Shown here piece by piece: positions 29,100 to 44,050 of a stretch of 64,000 bases of DNA; within the stretch, counting starts at the first letter, position 1; each line of letters starts with the position of its first letter. The notes under the pieces are model-generated. The model had not been told where the DNA came from. It was given only the letters and a program-made list of their open reading frames with translations, and made no database searches. This stretch comes from the human T2T-CHM13v2.0 reference genome, Homo sapiens. The stretch lies in assembly GCF_009914755.1 (NCBI RefSeq), contig NC_060927.1; one strand, written 5' to 3'. Both the position numbers and the translations under genes were made by a program.

Positions 29100-32000
29100 C
29101 TTTTTTATTTTTAATTTCTGTGGGTACATAGTAGTTATATATATTTATAGGGTACATGAGATATTTCGATATAGACATGCAATATTAAATAATCGCATCA
29201 CAAAGAATGTGGTATCCAAACCCTAAAGCATACAAACAATCCAGTTACACTCTTTTAGTTATTTTAAAATGTACAATTAAGTTATTATTGACTATAGCAC
29301 CCTGTTGTGCCATCAAATAGTAGTTCTTGTTCATTCTTTCTATTTTTTGGTACACATTAACCATCCCCGCTACCCTCCCCCAAGCCTGCCACTACCTTTC
29401 CCAGCCTGTGGTAGCCATCCTTCTACTCTCTGTGTCCATGAATTCAATTGTTTTGATCTTTACATCCCACAAATAAGTGAGAATATGTGATGTTTGTCTT
29501 TCTCTTCCTGGCTTATTTCACTTAACATAATGATCTCTTGTTCCATCCATGTTGTTGCAAATGACAGAATCTCATTCTTTTTATGGCTGTATAAATACAC
29601 CACATTTTCTTTATCCATTCATCTGTTGATAGACACTTAGGTACCTTCCAAATCTTAGCTGTCATGAACAGTGCTGCCACAAACATAAAAGAACAGGTAT
29701 CTCTTTGATATAATGATTTCCATTCTTTTGGTTATATACCCAGCAGTGGGATGGCTGGATCATATGATAGCTCTACTTTTAGTTTTTTGAAGAATCTCCA
29801 AACTTTTCTCCACAATGACTTTACTAATTCACATTCCCACCAACAATGTACAAAGGTTTGTTCCCTTTTTAGCACATTCTTGCCAGCATTTGTTAATGCC
29901 TGATTTTTTTGATAAAAGCCATTTTAATTAGGGTATAATGATATCTCATTGTGGTTTTTATTTGCATTTTTTGGATGATGTTGAACACCTTTTCATATGT
30001 CTATTTCCCATTTGTGTGTCTTCTTTTGAGAAATGCCTATTCAGATATTTTATCCATTTAAAATGGTATTATTAGATTTATTTCCTACAGATTTGTTGGT
30101 ACTCCTTATATATTCTGGTTATTACCCCCTTGTCAGATGGGTAGCATATTAGTCTGTTCTCATACTGCTATAAAGAACTACCTGAGACTGGGTAATTTAT
30201 AAGGGAAAGAGGTTTAATTGACTCACAGTTCAGCATGGCTGGGAAGGCCTCAGGAAACTTACAATCATGGTAGAAGGTGAAGGAGAAGCAAGCCACCTTC
30301 TTCACAAGTTGGCAGGAAGGAGAAGTGTTGAGTGAAGTGAGAAGACCCCTTACAAAATCATCAGATCTCATGAGAACTCCCTCACTATCATGAAAACGGC
30401 ATGGGAGAAACTGCCCCCATGAAACAATTATTTACATCTGGTCTCTCCCTTGACACTTGGGGACTATGGGAATAATGGGGATTACAATTCAAGATGAGAT
30501 TAGGGTGGGGACACAAAGCCTAACCATATCATTCTGCCCCAACCCCTCCCAAATCTCCTGTCCATTTTTCATTTCAAAACCAATCATGCCTTCCCTATAG
30601 TCCCCCAAAGTCTTAATTCATTCTAGCATAATCCATAGTCCAAGTCCAAAGTCTCACCCAAAATAAGACAAGTCCCTTCTGCCTATGAGCCTGTAAAATC
30701 AAAATCAAGTTAGTTACTTCCTAGATACAATGGGGGTACAGGCAATGGACAAATACCCCTGTTCCAAATGGGAGATATTGGCCAAAATTAAAGGGCGACA
30801 GGCCCCATGAAAATCTGGAATTCAGCAGGGCAATAAAATCTTAAAACCCCAAATGACCTCCTTTGACTTCATGTCTCAAATCCAGGTCACACTGATACAA
30901 AGGGTAGGCTCCCATGGTCTTGGGCAGCTCTGCCCCTGTGACTTTGCAGGGTATAGCCCCTGTCCCAGCTGCTTTCACAGGCTGGCATTGAGTGTCTTTG
31001 GCTTTTCCAGACACGCAGTGCAAGCTGTTGGTGGATCTATCATTCTGGGGGCTGGAGGATGGTGGTCCTCTTCTCACAGCTCTACTAGGCAGTGCCCCAG
31101 TGGCAACTCTGTGTGCAGGCTTCAACCCCACATTTCTGCACTGCCCTAGCAGAGGTTCTCCATGAGGGCTCCACTCCCGCAGCAAACCTCTGCCTGGACA
31201 TCCAGGCATTTCCATACATCTTCTGAAATCTAGGTGGAGGTTCCCAAATATCAATTCTTGACTTCTGTGCACCTACACCACGTGTAAGCCACCAAGGCTT
31301 GAGGCTCTCACCCTCCGAAGCAACAGCCTGAGCTGTATGGCCCCTTTCAGTCATAGCTGGGATGCAGGGCACCAAGTCCCAAGCAGCACCCAAGCAGGGC
31401 ACCTGCACAAAGCAGCAAGGCCATTTTGTAGTTTGCAAATATTTTCTCCCATTCTGTGGGTTGTCTCTTCACTTTGTTGGTTTATCTTTTGCTGCACAGA
31501 AGCTTTTTAACTTGATGTGATATCATTTTTCTATTTTTGCTTTGGTTGCTGGTGCTTGTGAGGTATTGCTTAAGAAATTTTTTGCCCAGACCAATGTCCT
31601 GGAGATTTTCCCCAATATTTTCTTCTAGTATTTTCATAGTTTGAGGTTTACACTATGAAAGACTTAAAGACTAAGTTAGAATTAAGACTACGGTAAAGTT
31701 AGATAAAGACTAGACTAGTTAAAGTTTTTAAGATTTACATCATTAACTTGGATTAATATTGGCATCAATAAAGCATTTAATTTAAAAGACTTAGATTTAA
31801 GACTTAAATCCATTTTTATTTGATTTTCGTATATGGCAAGAGATAGGGGCGTAGTTTCATTCTTCAGCATATGGATATCCAGTTTTCCCAGCACCATTAT
31901 TGAAGAGACTATCTTTTCCCCAGTGTGTGTTCCCAGCAACTTTGTGGAAAATGAGTTCACTTTAGGTTTGTGGATTTGTTTCTGGGTTCTCTATGTTGTT

Positions 32001-35000
32001 CCATTGTTCTATGTGTCACGTTTATGCAAGTACCATGCTGTTTTGTTTACTATAGCTCTGTAGTATGACCTGAAGTCAGGTAATTTGACTTCTTCCTTTC
32101 CAATTTGGATGCCTTTATTTGTTTCTCTTGTCTGATTGCTCTAGTTAGGACTTCCAGTACTATGTTGAATAACAGTGGTGACAGTGGACATTCTTGTCTT
32201 CTTTGACATCCTTGGAGGGAAGAGTTTCAGTTTCTCCCCAGTCATTAGGATACTAGCTGTGGGTCTGTCACATATGGCTTTTATTATGTTGAGATATGTT
32301 CCTTTTATACACAGTTTTTTAGGGGTTTTATCATGAAGGGGTGTTGAATTTTATCAAATGCTTTTTCAGTATCCAAAATGATTAAATGGTTTTTATCCTT
32401 CATGCTGCTGATATGATGTATGACACTGATTGATTTGTGTATGCTGAATTATCCTTCCATCTTAGGGATAAATCCCACTTGGTCATGTTAAATGATCTTT
32501 CTAATGTATTTTCTAATTAAGTTTGCTAGTATTTTGTTGAGAATTTTTCATCAATATTGATCAGAGATGTTGGCCTGTAGTTTTTGGTTTTTGTGTGTTT
32601 TTTTAATGTGCCTTTGTGTGGTTTTGGTATCAAGGTAAGACTGGCCTCCTAGAAAGAGTTTCAAAGTATTCCCTTTGCCTCTATATTTTGAAATAGTGTG
32701 AGTAGGGTTAGTATTAGTTCTTTAAATGTTTGGTAGAATTCAGCAGTGAAGCCATCAAGTCCTAGGCTTTTCTTTACTGGGAGAATTTTTATTATGGCTT
32801 CTTTATTGCTATTTGTCATTGGTCTGTTCGGGTTTTGGACTTCTTCCTGGTTCAATCTTGGTAGGTTGTATGTGTCTAGAAATTTGTTCATTTCTGCTAG
32901 ATTTTCCAATTTATTGACATATAGTTGTTTATAGTAGCCACTAATGATCCTTTGAAATTCTGCAGTATCAGCTGGAGTGTCTCCTTTTTCATTTCTGATT
33001 TTCTTTTGATCTTCCCTCTTTTTTCTTATTTAGTCTGGATAAAGGTTTGTCAATTTGTTTCACTTTTCAAAAAAAAAAAAAAACAACTTTTTAACTCATT
33101 GATCGTTTGTATTTTTTCACTTCAATTTCATTTATTTGTGTTCTGATCTTTATTATTTGCTATGTTCTACTAATTTTGGGTTTGGTTTGCTCTTGCTTTT
33201 CTAATTCTTTAAGATGCATCATTAGATTGTTTACTTGAAATTTTACTTCTTTTTTAACATAGGCATTTATAGCTATAAACTTCCCTTTGAGTACTGCTTT
33301 TGCTGTATCCCATAGGTTTGGGTATGCTGTGTTCCATTAACATTTTTTTCAAGAAATTTTTCAATTTTTTTCCTAATGTCTCCATTGTGTCACTGGTCAT
33401 TCAGAAGCATGTTTACTTTCCATGCATTTGTATAGTTTCTTAAATTCCTCTTGTTATTAATTGCTAATTTTATTCCATTGTGGTCAGAGAAGATGCTTGA
33501 TATTGTTTCAATTTTTGAATGTTTTAACACTTGTTCTGCGACCTAACATATGGTTTACCCTTGAGAGTGATCCATGTGCTGACAAGAAGAGTGTGTATTC
33601 TACAGCCGTTGGATGAAATGTCCTGTAAATATCTATTAGGTCCATTAGGTCTAGATTAAGTCTAATGATTCTTTGTTGATTTTCTGTCTGAAAGATCTGT
33701 CCAGTGCTGAAAGTCGTGTTGAAGTCTCCAGCTATTATTGTATTGGGACTTATTTCTCTCCTTTGGGTTTTAATATTTGTTTTATATATCTTGGTGTCTG
33801 GTGTTCGGTGCATATATATTTATTTATAATTGTTATATCCTCTTAATGAATTGACATCTTGATTATTATATAGTGACCTTCTTTGTCTCTTCTTAGTGTT
33901 TGTCTCAAAATCTATTTTGTCTGATATAAGTATAGCTACTCCTGCTCCTTTTTTGGTTTCCACTGGCATGGAATATCTTGTTCCATCCCTTTATTTTTAG
34001 TCTGTGGGTTTCTTTATAGGTGAAGTGCATTTCTTATAGGCAACAGATCAAGGGATCTTATTTTTTCACCCAGTCAGCCTTGTATGTCTTTTGATTGGAG
34101 AGTTTAGTCCATTTACATTCAATGTTATTATTGATAAGTGAGGACTTCTGTCATTTTGTTATTTGTTTTCTGGTTGTTTTGTGGTCTTCTCTTCCTTCTT
34201 TCCTTCCTGTCTTCCTTTAGTGAGGGTTATTTTCTCTGGTGATATGACTTAGTATCTTGCTTTTAATTTTTATGTATCCATTGTATTTTTTTTTGGTTCG
34301 AGATTACTACGAGGCTTGCAGATACTATCTTTCAACCCATCATTTTAACCTGATAACAACTTAAGACTTTTTGTATAAACAAACAAACATGCAAAAAGAA
34401 AACTAATAAAAAGTCTACACCTTAACTTTGTTCCCCCCTACTTTTTAACTTTTTATTATTTCTACTTATATTTTATTGCACTATGTCTTGGAAAGTTGTT
34501 GTAGTTATTATTTCTTTTACCGGTTTATCATTTAGTCTTTCTACTTAGGATAAGAGTAGTTTACACACCACAGTTATAGTGTTATGATATTCTGTGTTTT
34601 TCTGAGTACTCACTATTACCAATGAGTTTTGTATGTTTAGGAGATTGCTTATTGCTCAACAGTGTCCTTTTCTTTCTCACTGAAGTACTCCCAAGGACTT
34701 TTCGGTTAGCAGGTGATAAATGTTGCCAGGACTGGATCCTCCCCTTCAAGGCAGTGGGTTCACTTCTGGTCCAGGGTGCATCTAGAAATGTTGTCCAGGA
34801 GACAGGGCCTGGAACAAGGGCCTCATGACTCTAACCAATGCTCTATCCTGCTGTGGCTGAGCTGGTGTTCAAGATGCAAGACAAAGTCTTTCCCATTCTT
34901 CCTTCCACTCTCCTCAAACAGAAGGAAGGGATCTCTTGTGCAGCCATAAGCTGTGCAGCCTGGAGTTAGGAAAGGGGTGATGGTAGTGCTCAATAAGCCA

Positions 35001-35590
35001 CCCAAGGTGGTGTCTCAGTAGGTTTCATATCCTCCCAGTCCACTGTCTCTGGGCCCAGTTTAGCACTAGGACTCATCTAAGAGTTGCAATCCTTGTGTCC
35101 TAGACTGCCTTTCAAGTTTATTTAGAGACCCAAAGAAAGTTAGCCTATGGTGCTGAGGTTTGCAGGAACTCTAGTTCTGACTGCTATGATTAATGGTTCC
35201 CCTCATTCTAAGGCTGGCTTAAATGCTCCCTCCACAGGTGAGCATATGCTGAGTTTGGTCCATTTTTTCCTTCTGCTTTAACAGTACAGCACTGAGTTCA
35301 ATGCCTCACAATTGCTGTGTTCTCCCTCTTCTAGTGCCCAGAGCTGCTCTTCCTACCACAGCTGCTGTGAGGTGCAGGAGGGGTGGCATTGGCAGTTTAA
35401 GACTGTTTTTTCTTTTAATTTCTTCTTCAGTGCTTCTTATAGTGATATGATGTTAAAACCAGGTATTAAGAGGGTTCACCTGATTTTTGGTTCTTCTGAA
35501 GGTGCTTTTTTTCTGTACTAGTTGTTAAATTGGTATCCTTGCTAGGATGATGACTAGCGGAGTGCTCTATTCCACCATCTTGCTCTGCCC
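29100..35590 (-). mobile_element. L1MA1-3-like LINE-1 retaining both ends, with internal deletions (about 32082 and 34692) and a nested MaLR
   Basis: 3'UTR at 29100; ORF2 peptides 32661-32909 and 33508-33813; 5' terminus 'gggcagagcaagatggtggaatagag' on -; TSD not recognisable. Confidence 0.88.
30145..31427 (-). mobile_element. THE1D/MSTA-like MaLR: one LTR (30145-30531) plus partial internal region, second LTR absent
   Basis: LTR ends aaccatatca; internal region collinear with 26653-27357; host 'gtag' duplicated at 30141-30144 and 31428-31431. Confidence 0.9.
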
Positions 35591-35873
35591 ACCAAGTGAG
35601 TTTCTTCCTAAGTCCTTGTGTCTGTCTTCAGTTCTTTCATTAGTGCTTCAAATCTTATTTATCTAAAACTCTCTTCATTCTCTTCAGAAATCCTAGCAGG
35701 CATTATGTTGAAAGTTCTCAATTTATTTTCTATATCTTTCAACTGCTTTTTCATACATGATATCTGCCTCTCTCTATTGCATTCAAAGTGAAACACTCAG
35801 AACTCTTTTCTGTTTCTATAATTCTTTATCTGTGTTCAGCCTAGAGTTTGGTTGATTGATTGAGTTTATTTTT

Positions 35874-39342
<3,469 letters not shown>

Positions 39343-40703
39343 TAGTTCCCTTTCTATATATGTAATTCTCTTTCATATTACCTGTGATTTCTTGTCTTTT
39401 TAATTGAAGGACCCCATCAAAATAAATATACAAATTTTAATGTCTTATCACATAGATCTGTAACATTAATTTTTACCTGGAATGAGTAAACGTTTTTATT
39501 ATTGGCAATTTTTCTTTATAACAAGGTTAATAATAGTACATTCCAGAAAATAGAAATATGTTTATTATTATGTCTTCTCTAGCACTCTTCTGATAAAATA
39601 GCTTTTTCACTCATTAACAAGGAAGTCAGTACTGCTCTCATTCAAAATAATAAAGACAAAATCTGAGGTGACATCAAGGGTTTCTTCCAGATGAAATAAC
39701 ATTCTCCTTAATTCATCCTTGTATTGAATTTTATTTTTTCTAATGAAGTCTATGTTGCTAAAATAAATGAAATGAGACGTTAGAGCCACTATAGCTGTAA
39801 ATAATCTCACACAATGTTGACATCTTTGAAAACTATTAAAAATAAGATTCCTGCTATAGGAAGAATCACACATTTGATCTGAAACCATTTATCCTGTAAT
39901 CTCCATTACATTGATCACTCTCTTCTTTTTTCTGTAGTAAACACCACATTATTTATATTTTGCCAGGCACTCTGGTATAAAGGCAAACTCTGGGAGTATA
40001 AACACTGTCATAAGTCATCCTGGTGAGACTAAACTGTTTTTATAATAAATAATGATTCCTCTACCAGGTGCCACACAACCTCATAAATTCAAGGGAAGCA
40101 TTGTGGTTGCCATAATCATTAAAAAATACTGATCAAAGATTTCAGACAGCAGATTTTTCTATTCAGCTCTGCAGTCAGAGTAAACTGCCATATCACTTAC
40201 TTTTACAATTACCACAATTAAGAGTATTGCCATTCTGTGTTTTTGTCTGTAACGGGTGTATCTGTAAGTAATGCCATAATAGGTAAGGCTACTGGTTCAG
40301 CAAACAAAATATTTCTATAACTATAGTATTAAGAAAAGTTGTAAACAGGTATTGTAGCTTCTCTCTTTAAAATCAGTTAAAAGTATTGGACAAATGCTTT
40401 GAAAGATCTTGACTTTCCCCTGGAAAACATACTGTGGATTTATAACTAATTAGTTTATCCAAACTTTTTGTAAAATTGTTTTCAGGTAGATTAATCAGTT
40501 GCTGATCACACATTCCATAAAATATAACAGAAAATTTTTTAATTCCAAAATTGCCAAGGTACAATTTCATATTTGCCAGTTTTGTCAATTATATTATGCA
40601 TGAATACCTACATAACTACTTAGATTAACTTTGCTGCTGCCAGTCAATCTGATAGAGAATTTTTAGATTATTCATACAACAAATATTTATTTATCATTTA
40701 CTA

Positions 40704-41160
40704 TGTAGTGGACACTGTCTCTGCTGCTGCTGGATCTTTCAGATTCCCTTCACAGTTTCTGTGCAGACTTCTTCCAACAACTGTGTGTTTGATTTTTATG
40801 TCTTGCCCCTGCTACCCTCTTCAGAAAACTTCACTGTGCTTACCAGAGCCACTTTACCTGCTTTTCCTGCAAGGTGTAAGAGTTTATTTCTCCCAGGAAT
40901 GGCTCAGTTCTAATGATTGAGCAGTGGATTGCTAAATCCCTTGACTTCAACTGGGAGCAACTCAGGGGTATAAGACTCCAGAGCTCTCAATGGGATCAGG
41001 GTGAGGCTGGGACATGAGCTGAAATTGCACCTCTGCTTGGCTTCCTTCCCCTGCCTTTCCTGCTCCCCCAACTCTCTTTCCCCTGCAAACACTTTCTTGG
41101 GAAGTCATCTACACACATTTCCTCACCCTGGTGTCTGCTCCTGGAGCAGAAAACATACCA
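40704..41160 (+). mobile_element. LTR16-like ERVL solo LTR inserted in an antisense L2 3' fragment (about 40670-41430)
   Basis: tgtagtggacactg start; 'gggatcagggtgaggctgggac...cttggcttccttcccctgcc' core; L2 flanks 'caacaaatatttatt...cta|gtgtcagac'. Confidence 0.65.
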
Positions 41161-42219
41161 AGTGTCAGACTTGGGGCTGGATGCTAAGAATATAAAGAAA
41201 AACAAATCAGACACGGACAGTGCTGCTTAAAACTCACAGTCCAATGAAGAAGATGAAAATCAAATGAACATTAGTGTAAAATATGAGAAGCACTCTCTCA
41301 GAAGATTATGTACTTTGGGAGAAAAAGTACATAATCCTTTAAGGTAGCAGTGGTCAAAAAAGGCTTACTGGAGGATATGGCTGAGACCTAAAGGCTAAAC
41401 AGGGCATATGCAGTCAAAGGAAATGTGGAAAATTGCAAGGGGAATACAGGAGAGAGAGTACACAGTGGGATCATTTAGTGCAGAAATCTATACACTGACT
41501 GTGTATTACTGTATTTTCCTGTAAATTCAAGAATGAATTACAAGTAAGAGTTAATGGAATGAAACCTTCTAGAAATGGTCTTTCTTGCCTTCACCAAATA
41601 TATTTGTGTAATTTTGTTTCAGTACTTCATGTACTTTACAATATAACAGGAGAGTCTTGGCAAGAACTATGTTAATAAGTACCTATTGAAGTCAACAAGT
41701 CAAGACCTCAAAGAAGTTCAATATAATAATCACTTTGGACTACAGTGGTCCAGATATGGTTCAGTCATTTAGCCCAACATAGGCACGATGTTAGTTGACA
41801 GGGAGAAGTGAAGACCACATTCCAGATGGTAAGCCGAAGAGGAGGAAATGATAAGATCATACTCAAAGAATGGAGAGATAGATTCCAGTCCAACTTCAAC
41901 ACCCTTCTCTGTGGGCATGTTCCCAGACTCATCCAAGTAGCTAATTACCTTTTCTTGATACACACCTATACACACTTTTTTTTTTCTGCAACCCCTTTTT
42001 TAACTCTGACTTCTTCAATAGACTATGAGTTCTTCACAAAGGAAAAGATACTTATCTTTAATAAACCCAATGATCAGCACATAGCATATGTTCAAAAATG
42101 TCTATTGGACAAAGAAATTCAAGAATAAATGATAGACTCCTTCAGCTCTTGCTCTTTTCAGTATGAGCAGAATATTTTATGCCCAAAATCTCTAACTCAC
42201 CATTTTCTCCTTTTCTAGG

Positions 42220-42510
42220 CCAAAGCTATCCAATGGAAATATAATGTGAGCCACATATGTGATTTTAAATTTTCTAGTAACCACATTACAGTTTTTTTAA
42301 CATGTGAAATTAATTTGAATTATTTATTTATTTTGATATTTCAAAATTATAATATCAACATGTTATCAATATTTTATAATTGCTAATGAGTATTTTACAT
42401 TATTTTTATGCTAAGAAACCCAGAGTGTATTTTACACATGCATTACATCTCAATTTAAACTAGTCATATTTCAAGTGCTCCACAGCAATACGTGTCTATC
42501 AGACAATGCA
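42220..42510. mobile_element. MER33-like hAT MITE
   Basis: 'gctatccaatggaaatataatgtgagccacatatgtgattttaaattttctagt...tttcaagtgctc'. Confidence 0.7.
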
Positions 42511-42643
42511 GTTCCAGATACTACCTCAAATGTTAAATTAACATTTTTCTTTAAAAATGATCAAACAAAACTCTAAGTGTAGGCTTTCCAATCCAAGATC
42601 TTACTAAGAAGAAAGATAGTTTCAGGCACAATTATTTAGATAA

Positions 42644-42814
42644 GAGTTTCTCAATATACTAACATTTTGGTGAATAAGTCCTGATTGTGTGCTGTCCTGT
42701 GTATTGCCAGTGGCAACCCTCTTCCCCCGTTGTGACATCAACAATATCTCCAGACATTGCCAAATGTCTCCGGGGAGCAGGGAGAAGGATAATTGCCTCA
42801 GTTGAAAATTACTA
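42644..42814. mobile_element. MER20 hAT MITE, internally deleted
   Basis: 'gttgtgacatcaacaatatctccagacattgccaaatgtc...cagttgaaaattact'. Confidence 0.75.
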
Positions 42815-43624
42815 AATTAGATTATCCCTTACAACTCTGAACCAAGAGTGTTTAGGCTCCAACAGTCAGTCTGGTGGTCAGAGAGACAGATCTCATGAAG
42901 ACTTATCTCCAAAAGAATTGACATGCCACGGAGGAAACCTTGCCCCCCAAGGTGCTTCTTCTGGCATTTCTTCTTGCCAAGACTTCACTTGATCTGCCAA
43001 GAGAATCCACACTTTCCCACCTGTGGCCATTGTAGGATACTAGATTTGGGTTGCTTGGTTTTTGTTCAAGGGGTTCATTAGAGAGAGCCTTTTCCTGACA
43101 TTTTGTCTCCCATTTCATATAAAAGTCCAAGATATCTTGTTTGCAAGCATTAGGATTTGATAAATAATTTGTTAGAAGATTATCAGGAAAGTTATTAGGA
43201 AGAGAGTACACAGCTAATGGGAAGACAGAAAAACCAGACTCAGAAAATAGTTAAGAACTATTTTAAGAACTGAGGGAAATTTCTTTTCAGGCTAATACTG
43301 TATTATACGAACAGTCTGATTAGAATGAAGCTTTGGGGTCACAATTATTGGGCACTTTTGTTTTCCCCTGGATACTTGACCCCGGATTATGAATATTTTC
43401 CTATCTCATTGTGATTTTCCATCATACCCTCACTGCAAGCAATAATAGATTTTACTTGCACTTACTAGCACTTGCATGTAGAATACAGGAAGCCTTGGAC
43501 GTAGTCAGATTATCCTTGATTTATTCTCAGATGAGCCTTGATCCATTCTTCTGTCTTTTAAGTCTTTCTTCTAGTGGCTAAACTGATTCATTGTAATAGC
43601 ATTGCAGTGCTCTAGGCCTGTAGT

Positions 43625-44050
43625 CCATCCATTCACTCAAAAAACATGTACTGAGTGTTCACCAAGCTAAGCTCAGCACCAAACACTACAGAAGCAGAAT
43701 GAGTAAACCCAGCCCCTGTACTTGTGCAGCATGTACTCTGGCAAGAAAGACAGACATTAATCAAATAATCACAGAAAGTAATATTAAATTGTATAAAGGA
43801 AAAATACATAAAGAATACATATCATGTGAAATCCTAGATTTAGAAGGCTTATTATAAATAATAGTCAGGAAGTCAGTGAAAGTTTCTCTGAGGGAGTAGT
43901 ACCTGAGAGGACCTAAGAGATGAACAGAGATTAAGCAGTAGAAGATAAGAGGGAGCAGTCCACGAATAATAAATAACCTGTTCAAAGCTCCAGTGGCAGG
44001 AAGAAGTGTGGCAAATTCAAGAGAATAAAAAAGCAAGGCCAAAAGACAGC
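43625..44050 (-). mobile_element. L2 LINE 3' relic
   Basis: 'ccatccattcactcaaaaaacatgtactgagtg' tail and 'ttcaaagctccagtggcaggaagaag'. Confidence 0.6.

Noticed and set aside
39607-43211. Non-repeat ORFs 39607-39888, 41808-42128 and 42903-43211 (also 53863-54291)
   Set aside because: No recognisable domain or convincing splice structure; lengths are compatible with chance. A lncRNA or intronic context cannot be excluded.
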